A stretch of 64,000 bases of DNA from NCBI GenBank assembly GCA_965652925.1, contig CBFGXL010000002.1, positions 4,881-68,880 on the forward strand, in the 5' to 3' direction. Within the stretch, counting starts at the first letter, position 1, and every line of letters starts with the position of its first letter. Position numbers and translations under genes: made by a program. The notes under the pieces are model-generated. The model saw nothing but the letters and a program-made list of their open reading frames with translations, ran no database searches and was not told where the DNA came from. This stretch comes from an uncultured bacterium (GTDB taxonomy: Bacteria; Patescibacteriota; Minisyncoccia; Phycocordibacterales; UBA918). This document shows positions 28,048 to 36,036 of the stretch, piece by piece.

Positions 28048-28589
28048 AATATGTTACTTAATCTGAGTTTTTTGGTGCTTTAACAAATACCATTCAATGA
28101 GAAAAATAACAAGCAATAGTAAGCTCGGGACAGAGATGTCCTCTTAGTCTTACTTCTTACATGAGTAAGGCTCACTGAACAAATAAAAATAAGCTGCAAA
28201 AAAATGCTTAACTATTTTAGATAAAAGCCTTTAAAAAATAGTGATTTCGTCAACCCGAGAAGACTGATTAGCGACTAGCAGATAAGATTCTTGCGTAGTT
28301 ATGTTTGAGAAAACCTCCTATCTGCATTTTATTAACTGAAATTAGTTATTTATATATGTGAACAAAGTGGCAGACAACTAGGGATGATCCTTGGTTCTAC
28401 CTCGGTGGTCTCAGCTTAAGGTACGACATTGCCATGTATCTGTTGATACTCCCATTTTGGAGTGCAGTTTTATTCAATAACATTCTCTACACATAAATCA
28501 GATAGCGCATGTTTCCCAGTAGACGTATCTAACGAAAATCAAAATTAGCTTAGGTGGGAGATGCCAGGAGAATCAAGTAAAAGAGGCTG

Positions 28590-28958
28590 TCAATCCAGAA
28601 GTTTACTGGCAAAAGTACTTATGATGGTCACAATCAGTGAACCAAAAAAAGCGGGCCAAAAACCGGAGACTGCAAACCCATCAATAAATGATGCTGCGAA
28701 CCAGAAGAGTACCGCATTGATCACAAATAGGAATAACCCGAGTGTAAGTATGGTTATGGGGAGTGTAAGAATCACGAGCAGTGGCTTAACAAAAATATTA
28801 AGAAGCCCGAGTACGAGCGATGCGATGATTGCTATATATAAGTTTTCTACTTCAATACCCGGCACAACTTCCGCTACCAGAAGAAGTGCCAGAGCAGTTA
28901 CGATTAGTCGAGCAATAAGTTTAATCATAGTGAGCATGATACTCAATTTCCTAATCAT
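28590..28958 (-). CDS. Small four-TM membrane protein, DUF360/phage-holin-4-like (YvlD-type).
   Basis: It is 122 aa and highly hydrophobic, with PGIEVENLY...LGLLNIFVKPLLVILTLPITILTLGLF..NA typical of the family. Confidence 0.55.
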   Translation of the reverse strand: MIRKLSIMLTMIKLIARLIVTALALLLVAEVVPGIEVENLYIAIIASLVLGLLNIFVKPLLVILTLPITILTLGLFLFVINAVLFWFAASFIDGFAVSGFWPAFFGSLIVTIISTFASKLLD

Positions 28959-28969
28959 TCGCTAGTTAC

Positions 28970-29001
28970 AAAAAACCGCTCTAATGTGGGGGCGGTTTTT
29001 T
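28970..29001. terminator. Intrinsic terminator-like hairpin (stem ~6 bp, CCGCTC/GGGCGG with one G-U) flanked by an A6 tract on one side and a T6 tract on the other; it would terminate secA transcription on the minus strand.
   Basis: aaaaaaCCGCTCtaatgtggGGGCGGtttttt lies directly 3' of the secA stop (29017). It is symmetric, so it reads as hairpin + U-tract in both orientations. Confidence 0.4.
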
Positions 29002-29016
29002 GTAAACATCGTCGTG

Positions 29017-31527
29017 CTATTTTTTGATATACCACTCTCCTGTCTGGAGCAGAGACTCCGCTTTTTTATATTTTAATTCTTGTGTTTGAGTTCCATTGGT
29101 AATGACCACCGTATCATTTCTTCCATACTCTTGCTCACTCACGCGTGGAGTATTCCCTGCCTTTGGTTCACTCCCCCCTGCTCTTTGTGCCTGTACACGA
29201 GCTTTAGTGAGCTCCTCTTCTTCCCTTCTGAGTGCTTCCGGCTGCAACTGTGGAATGATTTCTGCGATCCTGTGAAGAAGTGCTTCCTGCATTTCCTTAT
29301 AGAGGCGCATGGCTTCCTTTCGGTATTCGATCAGCGGATCACGCTGACCGTATGCACGCAGATTCACACTTGAACGCGTAGCCTGCATGACTTCCAAGTG
29401 TTCCACCCATAAGATATCAATCATCTGGAGGCAGAGTCTTCGTATAAGTTCATCCCATTGGTCAGCAAACTCAGATTTCTTTTTTTCAATAGACTCTGCT
29501 GCTTCAGGAATAAGTTCTGTAAGTTCAGCCAAAATCGACTCTACTTCTTCTTTTGCTCCGAGCAACAGCTTGTGTCTACGTGCATAGACGACCTGACGCT
29601 GCTGATTAAGCACATTGTCATACGCAAGGACCTGTTTACGTGAGTCAAAGTGGAAACCTTCAATCCTTGATTGCGCCCCCTCAAGTTGTTTCGAAATTAG
29701 ACTGTTCTGTATGGGCTGATCTTCTGGGATGCCAAATGTTCCCATAAGACCACGTATACGATCGCCTCCGAATACTCGCATCAGTTGGTCCTCCATTGAG
29801 ACAAAAAATTGTGTCTCTCCTGGGTCACCCTGGCGCCCTGAACGGCCACGCAGCTGATTGTCGATACGTCGTGCCTCATGCCGTTCTGTACCCAATACAA
29901 ACAAGCCACCAAGCTCACGTATCTCCTCAGCCTCTTCTTCTGTTGCATGTGTTCCGCCAAGCTTGATGTCCACTCCACGCCCCGCCATGTTGGTTGCAAG
30001 CGTCACCCTTCCCTTCTTTCCAGCCTCAGCAATGATCTCTCCTTCACGCTCGTGATTTTTTGCGTTGAGCATCTCATGTTTCACCCCGGCTGAGGTAAGT
30101 GCTGAGGAAAGCATTTCATTTGTCTCAATGGAGGCCGTACCAATCAATACGGGTTGTCCACTCGCACTCACTTCCTTGACCTTGCGTATTACCGCCTCAT
30201 ACTTCCCTTTTGTGGTTTGGAAAATAAGATCATTCTGGTCGATACGGAGGCTTTTTTTGTTGGTTGGAACAGGGACAACCTCAAGTTTATAAACTGAGTA
30301 AAATTCCTCTTCAGAGGTAAGGGCTGTTCCTGTCATACCTGAGAGCTTCTCATACATACGGAAATAATTCTGGTATGTAATAGATGCATAGGTACGGGAT
30401 TCACGCTGGATAGCAACACCCTCCTTCGCTTCCATCGCTTGGTGGAGCCCATCGGACCATCGCCTGCCTGGCTGTAGTCGTCCTGTAAATTCATCGACAA
30501 TAACAACTTCGCCATCGCGAACCACATATTCTTTGTCTTTATGATAGAGCCCTTTTGCACGCACCGCTGTCTCAAGATGGTGCACGTATTTGATACCTCG
30601 GTCTGTGTAGATATTGTCTATCCCTAACATTTTCTCCGCCTCTTCGATTCCCGCATCAGTAAGCGTGGCACTTTTCAGTTTCTCATCAAGAGTAAAGTGT
30701 TCCCCTTCGTGGAGTTTGGTCGCTATACGCGCAAACACCTCATACAGATTTTCAGAATCCTGTGCCGGAGCAGAAATAATAAGCGGTGTACGAGCCTCAT
30801 CGATAAGGATAGAGTCGATCTCATCAACGATCGCATACGCATGACCTCGCTGTCGCAGACGAGGTGCTTCAAACTCAATATTGTCCCGGAGATAATCGAA
30901 GCCAAATTCACTGTTCGTACCATAGGTGATATCGGCAGCATAGGCTTCTTTGCGCGTACAGGGACGCAGGAACTCATAAAAGACCTTATACGAGCCTTCC
31001 GCATCACGCTCTGCATCAACCTCCTTATGTCCGGCATCATAGATATAGGAAGCATCATGGTTAATGACTCCAAGTGTGAGTCCCAGTCCGGCATAGATCT
31101 GCCCCATCCATACTGCATCGCGACGTGCAAGATAATCATTTACTGTCACTACATGTACACCCTTCCCTGTAAGCGCGTTGAGTGAAGCTGGAAGTGTACC
31201 AACAAGAGTCTTTCCTTCTCCGGTACGCATCTCTGTTATTTTTCCTTGATGCAGGAGAACGCCACCAATTAGCTGTACATCGTAATGGCGCAAACCAAGA
31301 GTACGCCGCGCAACTTCACGCGTGAGTGCGAACATGTTTGGCAAAATCTCTTCAAGAGAAGTTCCTCCGGAAACTTTCTGCCGCAGCTCCTCTACCGCAG
31401 CAACAATCTGTGACTCGGTGTATGGCTGATATGTGGCTTCCATTGCATTGATACGGTCTATCAACGGCTGCACTTCCTTAAGAGCCTTCTCATAGGTGGG
31501 CCCAAAAAAACGGTCTAAAAATGACAT
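29017..31527 (-). CDS. secA: Preprotein translocase ATPase SecA.
   Basis: It is 836 aa with DEAD motor motifs (MRTGEGKTLV, DEIDSILIDEARTPLIIS) and the SecA preprotein cross-linking and wing/scaffold regions. Confidence 0.95.
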   Translation of the reverse strand: MSFLDRFFGPTYEKALKEVQPLIDRINAMEATYQPYTESQIVAAVEELRQKVSGGTSLEEILPNMFALTREVARRTLGLRHYDVQLIGGVLLHQGKITEMRTGEGKTLVGTLPASLNALTGKGVHVVTVNDYLARRDAVWMGQIYAGLGLTLGVINHDASYIYDAGHKEVDAERDAEGSYKVFYEFLRPCTRKEAYAADITYGTNSEFGFDYLRDNIEFEAPRLRQRGHAYAIVDEIDSILIDEARTPLIISAPAQDSENLYEVFARIATKLHEGEHFTLDEKLKSATLTDAGIEEAEKMLGIDNIYTDRGIKYVHHLETAVRAKGLYHKDKEYVVRDGEVVIVDEFTGRLQPGRRWSDGLHQAMEAKEGVAIQRESRTYASITYQNYFRMYEKLSGMTGTALTSEEEFYSVYKLEVVPVPTNKKSLRIDQNDLIFQTTKGKYEAVIRKVKEVSASGQPVLIGTASIETNEMLSSALTSAGVKHEMLNAKNHEREGEIIAEAGKKGRVTLATNMAGRGVDIKLGGTHATEEEAEEIRELGGLFVLGTERHEARRIDNQLRGRSGRQGDPGETQFFVSMEDQLMRVFGGDRIRGLMGTFGIPEDQPIQNSLISKQLEGAQSRIEGFHFDSRKQVLAYDNVLNQQRQVVYARRHKLLLGAKEEVESILAELTELIPEAAESIEKKKSEFADQWDELIRRLCLQMIDILWVEHLEVMQATRSSVNLRAYGQRDPLIEYRKEAMRLYKEMQEALLHRIAEIIPQLQPEALRREEEELTKARVQAQRAGGSEPKAGNTPRVSEQEYGRNDTVVITNGTQTQELKYKKAESLLQTGEWYIKK

Positions 31528-31538
31528 AATGGCCTAGC

Positions 31539-31567
31539 ATATCACGAAACATCTCGCTTTAACACAA
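31539..31567 (-). promoter_or_regulatory. Candidate sigma70-like promoter for secA: -35 TTGTGT (31567..31562), 17-nt spacer, -10 TGATAT (31544..31539), giving a near-leaderless transcript.
   Basis: This is a sequence-only reading. secA is preceded by a terminator-like hairpin, so it needs its own promoter. No SD is present. Confidence 0.2.
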
Positions 31568-31570
31568 CGA

Positions 31571-31597
31571 AAAAACCGCCGTGGAGGGCGATTTTTT
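31571..31597 (-). terminator. Weak intrinsic terminator-like element (A5, CCGC/GGCG-type 4-bp stem, T6) downstream of the small histone-like gene.
   Basis: aaaaaCCGCCgtggagGGCGattttt has the same A-tract/hairpin/T-tract layout as the element at 28970..29001. Confidence 0.25.
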
Positions 31598-31619
31598 CCT
31601 ATCATTACGAGTGCAATGA

Positions 31620-31781
31620 TTATTTGCGTCGCTTTGCTGTTTTCTTCGCAGCCTTGCGAACAGTCTTCTTTGCAGTCTTCTTAGCAGCCTTCTTTGCTGT
31701 CTTCTTTGCAGGTCGCTTTGCGGTCTTCTTAGCAGCCTTCTTTGGTGCTGCCTTACGCACTGCTTTCTTTTTTGCTGGCAT
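31620..31781 (-). CDS. Small (53 aa) Lys/Ala-repeat basic protein of the histone H1-like / HU-C-tail-like nucleoid-protein type.
   Basis: The reverse-strand ORF translates to MPAKKKAVRKAAPKKAAKKTAKRPAKKTAKKAAKKTAKKTVRKAAKKTAKRRK*, a regular AKK/PAKK periodicity. It was missed by the ORF track, probably on length. The listed 92-aa ORF 31559..31837 is the wrong frame of the same DNA. Confidence 0.55.
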   Translation of the reverse strand: MPAKKKAVRKAAPKKAAKKTAKRPAKKTAKKAAKKTAKKTVRKAAKKTAKRRK

Positions 31782-31980
31782 GTTTTGTGATGAGAGTTAG
31801 TGAATAAAAATATTCGACCGCTGACTTCTCTTTTCAAAGAACAATTCGGGAAGAGAATGTCTGCTTACAAATATTATCGCGCTCTCTAATGTTAATGACA
31901 AGAAAAAAGAGTGCATGCATTTGTGGATAAGAAAAACAAAAAAATTTTCAAAAAAAATTTGTAAAAATTTTTTTGCAGGT

Positions 31981-33024
31981 TTATTTTAATTTCCTTACCT
32001 CCCATTCAACTGCAATGCCTGTTTCTGTTTTTATTTTTTCTGTGATTGAGTTCGCAAAGTTTTCTATCTCGTCTGCAGTTGCAGATTCATCTGCAACAAG
32101 AACAAGAGCCTGTTCTTTGTAAAGTGCAACATTTCCTGATGCATATCCCTTGAGCTTAAGCACCTTATCGAGAATCCACCCCAACGAAACTTTTGATTGC
32201 TGGTCGTTCACAGTAAATACAGGCAGTTCCGGATAACGCTGTTGCAGCAGTGCTGCAACATCTGAAGAAATGATTGGGTTCTTGAAGAATGAACCGGCTG
32301 TTCCCACCGTGTTCCAATCTGGGAATTTTCCTGCACGTATCTTCATGACTGCTTCACGAATTTCTTGTTGTGAAGGTTCTGGCACGTCTTCAAACCAAGT
32401 CGCAAGGTCTCGGTATGAAAGATGACGTCGCGGCGAAAGTGAGAGTGCGTAGATAACTTCAGTAATAATATACTTACTACCTTCGTGATGTTTAAATAGT
32501 GAGTCTCGATAAGCAAAAGAGCATGCGGCACCATCGAGTACCTGGAGTTCCTCATTCTCAATATTAAATACGCGCACACTATGCACTACGTCCTTTGCCT
32601 CAACGCCATATGCGCCAACATTCTGCACAGGTGTAGCCCCTACCGTACCAGGTATGTGCGACAGATTTTCAAGGCCCCACCACCCTTGCCCAACGGTATG
32701 GGCAATCACGGAGTCAAAGTCTTCTCCTGCAGCCACAGCGAGAAAAACCGTATCTCCCTCAATGCGTGACCTATAACCTTTCAACGCTATATGGATCACA
32801 AGACCACGCACCCCCTGTTCAGAGACTAAAACGTTTGAACCACCACCAAGGACGGTGACAGGCAGCATGTGCTCCTTAGCAAAAGCAACAGCTTCCATGA
32901 GTTCTGCGTCTTCACTCACCGATACAAAATACTCGGCTGCACCTCCAACCTTCAATGTGGTATAGGAAGAAAGCAGCGTATTCTTTTGAATATCAAGACT
33001 CATTGTGCTACTGGCATCCTTCAT
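31981..33024 (-). CDS. murB: UDP-N-acetylenolpyruvoylglucosamine reductase.
   Basis: It has an FAD-binding PCMH domain (LKVGGAAEYFV, VLGGGSNVLV) and a MurB C-terminal domain. Confidence 0.9.
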   Translation of the reverse strand: MKDASSTMSLDIQKNTLLSSYTTLKVGGAAEYFVSVSEDAELMEAVAFAKEHMLPVTVLGGGSNVLVSEQGVRGLVIHIALKGYRSRIEGDTVFLAVAAGEDFDSVIAHTVGQGWWGLENLSHIPGTVGATPVQNVGAYGVEAKDVVHSVRVFNIENEELQVLDGAACSFAYRDSLFKHHEGSKYIITEVIYALSLSPRRHLSYRDLATWFEDVPEPSQQEIREAVMKIRAGKFPDWNTVGTAGSFFKNPIISSDVAALLQQRYPELPVFTVNDQQSKVSLGWILDKVLKLKGYASGNVALYKEQALVLVADESATADEIENFANSITEKIKTETGIAVEWEVRKLK

Positions 33025-35245
33025 CAGGACGCACTCCTTTCTTCAGATTTTCTATAAAGCACTGTGAACTCTCAGCGAATGTCGGTATCTCAGTCCCGCC
33101 CTTTTCAAGCACTTTAATCGCTTTTTGTGTCTCCCCAAGCTCATAGTAAATAAAAGCGAGGCTTGCACGGTGCTGTGCAACTTCCGGCTGAACCTTTATG
33201 CGTGTCTCAAACATCTCGGAGAGCAGCTGCCTATCTCCACTTTGATCTGTCATAGCCAATGCAAAGTCATTGAAAGCAAACCGTTCAAAATATTCTTCTC
33301 CGACAAGCGCACGTGCTTCTTCTACTCTATCTGCACGTACGAGGACGCCAGCATACAAAAGACGTGCCTGTACATTTGACTCATCGAGCTCAAATGCGGT
33401 CTTCAGAAATTCAAGAGCACCTTCGATGTTATTAAGTTGTAATTCAATGATTCCCTGTTCAGTGATGATCGCCTGCTTGTTGGGAGAAAGCTCGCGTGCT
33501 TTCGCTGCCTGTTCTTTCGCCTGCGGTATGGCACCGATTGATCTATAGAAGCTCGTGAGGAACGCGTGAAGCCGGGCATCATTTGGTTTCTCCTCTATTA
33601 ACCGCAACAGTTCAAGCTCTGCACGCTGCATAATAGCTTTCTTTTCTTCTTCTGTTGCATTTTGGCTGCGAACTACACCCATCGCCTGCTGCGCAAGCTG
33701 TTCGACGATCTCCTGATCTGCAAAAGAATGGCGTTCTATTGCGTTATGGAATGCTCGCAGACGTCCCTCTACATTCTGAGACCGCATCGCATCAATGATG
33801 TCGCCCGCTGCCGCGATACCCGGGTAGTTAACGAAATATACGACTGCACCGGAAGTTAGGATCAGGATCGGCGCAACGAACTGTCCGATCATTTGCCGAT
33901 TAAGTGTGAAGGATTGTATGGCCTTGATCGGAGTTGCTATGTGCGAGTGTATAAGCGCAAGGATACTGCCATAGAATATGTAGCTGATGATGTTATCAAA
34001 CACTACAAGGTTGTGGACCAGGTACCCAGCAAGAAGGCCAAGCAGCACGCCGCGCTCAAGCACATTGAATGTCGGGTCTTCATTCTTCTTCAGTATTGGT
34101 TGCAAGAAGAGGTAATGCAAAGCTGCGAAGAAGATCGAGAAGTATGCAAGAAGTCCGAGTACACCCCCGGCAATAAGCCAATCAAGGAATATGTTGTGCG
34201 TACGGTCAAACCACGCTTCTGCAGCATACAGTGACGGATCATACTGTTTGTTAAATACGTAATTGAAATTACTCTGTCCCCAGCCAAGCAGCGGACGCTC
34301 CTTCACCCCTTCAAGCGCCATGCCCCAGATAGTACCGCGGACTGTAAGGTCGCGGGAAAGTGATATGTCTGCGATACGCTTCAAAGCCGGCTGGCTTTGT
34401 ACAAATGAACTATCGCGGAGCAACCAGAAGCTTCCTGCAGCAAGCAGAATAATTGCGCATGCTCCGATGGCGATCTTCCTGAACTCAGGATACTTGCGTC
34501 CAAAGATCGCAACGTAAATAACAGTCACTGCTGAACCGCCAATAAGCGCGAGAAATGTACCGCGGGTACCGGTAAGAAGAAGCGTGTACGCAAGGATAAC
34601 AGCAACAAGTGCATACCCGATGCGATAGCTCAGAACTTTCGTCCGAACAAACAGCCAGAAGATAATGAAGATATTGAAGAGCATGTACACCGCCATGTAT
34701 GCTGCGTTCCCCAAGAGACTATCCACGCGAGTAGTACTGCCATTGCCCGCTGCGATGAAACCGTTGTACTGAGCGAGTCCGTACAGCGCTACACACAAAG
34801 CGACAACTGCAGATGTATGAAAGAAGTATGACCAAAGCTTTGTGGTAGTGAGTACGCTGCCGGCAACCAATACATAGAGGAACAAGTGAACGAGAGTCAC
34901 GTAACCGTCCATGCGTTCGAAATTGCTCCAGAAGCTTTGCATCGGACTTTCGCCGAGTGCATTAGCAACTGCCATTACACCCAGAAGCGCGGCGAAGCCA
35001 GCAATGATCCATGAAAACTTAGGTCGATACTTTGGCTCGTAGAGTGCAAGGAGTATCCAGGAGGCAAACACAACCTCAACGATAATACGGAATGCAAAGT
35101 TTTTTCCCGTGATGTACGGGAAGAAAAAATCGTTCTCTACATACAGCGGCAAAAACGGGACAAGAAAAAGGCCTACGAAGACCAGCCCCTGAAGAATATC
35201 TTTCATATGGCAAGCATAGTACCATAACGCTTCACTCGGCCGCAC
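33008..35245 (-). CDS. Polytopic membrane protein with an O-antigen ligase/polymerase (Wzy_C-like) domain fused to C-terminal TPR repeats.
   Basis: The first ~420 aa have 10 or more TM helices including a large loop (Wzy_C-like). The C-terminal ~300 aa are helical TPR-like repeats (LEFLKTAFELDESNVQARLLYAGVL...). It overlaps the murB 5' end by 17 bp. Confidence 0.6.
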   Translation of the reverse strand: MRPSEALWYYACHMKDILQGLVFVGLFLVPFLPLYVENDFFFPYITGKNFAFRIIVEVVFASWILLALYEPKYRPKFSWIIAGFAALLGVMAVANALGESPMQSFWSNFERMDGYVTLVHLFLYVLVAGSVLTTTKLWSYFFHTSAVVALCVALYGLAQYNGFIAAGNGSTTRVDSLLGNAAYMAVYMLFNIFIIFWLFVRTKVLSYRIGYALVAVILAYTLLLTGTRGTFLALIGGSAVTVIYVAIFGRKYPEFRKIAIGACAIILLAAGSFWLLRDSSFVQSQPALKRIADISLSRDLTVRGTIWGMALEGVKERPLLGWGQSNFNYVFNKQYDPSLYAAEAWFDRTHNIFLDWLIAGGVLGLLAYFSIFFAALHYLFLQPILKKNEDPTFNVLERGVLLGLLAGYLVHNLVVFDNIISYIFYGSILALIHSHIATPIKAIQSFTLNRQMIGQFVAPILILTSGAVVYFVNYPGIAAAGDIIDAMRSQNVEGRLRAFHNAIERHSFADQEIVEQLAQQAMGVVRSQNATEEEKKAIMQRAELELLRLIEEKPNDARLHAFLTSFYRSIGAIPQAKEQAAKARELSPNKQAIITEQGIIELQLNNIEGALEFLKTAFELDESNVQARLLYAGVLVRADRVEEARALVGEEYFERFAFNDFALAMTDQSGDRQLLSEMFETRIKVQPEVAQHRASLAFIYYELGETQKAIKVLEKGGTEIPTFAESSQCFIENLKKGVRPDEGCQ

Positions 35246-35283
35246 CCATGCTTTTCAGATTACGCACAGCAGGTTGGCCTGTG

Positions 35284-36012
35284 TCAATACCTCCCCTTCG
35301 ACAGCGATTCGAGCGAAACTGGTGCCGACACGCTTATAGAGACCGTACGAGTACAGGGACATTGGTCGTCACCAATCATTTCCGGCGATCCAAGTGGGTA
35401 CGTGATACCCCGATATTCACCGAGCTTCAAAAAGCGGATCGCATTCTGACCGTGTACCGGTTGCGTATAGATGGTATCTACAGCACCCGGACCACCAGCA
35501 TGATTGAGGAGTACGTGCGCCGATAGTCCTGTACTGCTGCTTGTGAGGTACTGTGCCGGTTCATTATTCCAATTACCGACTTCAATTGCCTGCTCAACTT
35601 TTTTATCCAACTCGAAAGACTGGCCCAATGTGGTACTGCTGACGTCTGTAAGGACGTAACTCACCGTATATTGGCAGGGTGTAACATCCTGTGCCGGCAC
35701 ATCCTCCCTAAAGACCGATGCAAATGGAAAGTTAGCAGACGAGGTACCTGTACTTACGTTCAGGTGCCACGGCAATGTCTCATTTCGCAAAGCGTCCCCA
35801 AACATACGCTCTGCCATGGCTTTCTCAACACTCCAATCCCTTGCATCGCATGGAGTTGCTGATGGGCTGTCATCAGTGGTGCGCTGCGATACGGGGACCT
35901 GGATTTGCGCCACTGGAGCATTCTCTGACCGCAGACTGGTAACTACTCCATATGAACCGAGCACCACGAGGCCGGCGACGATCACAGAACCGATTAGAAT
36001 TTTTTTGTTCAC
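35284..36012 (-). CDS. Hypothetical membrane-anchored extracytoplasmic protein (N-terminal TM/signal anchor).
   Basis: MNKKILIGSVIVAGLVVLGSYGVVTSL is followed by a 215-aa hydrophilic domain containing Cys residues. I do not recognise a family. Confidence 0.45.
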   Translation of the reverse strand: MNKKILIGSVIVAGLVVLGSYGVVTSLRSENAPVAQIQVPVSQRTTDDSPSATPCDARDWSVEKAMAERMFGDALRNETLPWHLNVSTGTSSANFPFASVFREDVPAQDVTPCQYTVSYVLTDVSSTTLGQSFELDKKVEQAIEVGNWNNEPAQYLTSSSTGLSAHVLLNHAGGPGAVDTIYTQPVHGQNAIRFLKLGEYRGITYPLGSPEMIGDDQCPCTRTVSISVSAPVSLESLSKGRY

Positions 36013-36036
36013 GGTTGATGATTATATTACTGACCA

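Noticed and set aside
28300-28480. A possible tRNA or tmRNA in the obg upstream gap (…ggttctacctcggtggtctcagcttaaggtacg…).
   Set aside because: I found no acceptor-stem/T-loop (GTTCRA) cloverleaf and no tmRNA tag-reading frame. It remains unexplained rather than called.
28561-28965. A 134-aa plus-strand ORF.
   Set aside because: It is antisense to the hydrophobic DUF360 membrane-protein gene, which has a coherent four-TM profile, and its composition is not protein-like.
30697-31185. ORFs of 162 aa (plus strand) and 138 aa (minus strand, alternate frame) inside secA.
   Set aside because: They are fully nested within the unambiguous secA coding sequence.
31559-31837. A 92-aa R/Q-rich ORF from the ORF track.
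   Set aside because: It is the wrong reading frame of the same strand. The alternative frame (31620..31781) gives a regular Lys/Ala-repeat protein with far more plausible composition and its own terminator.
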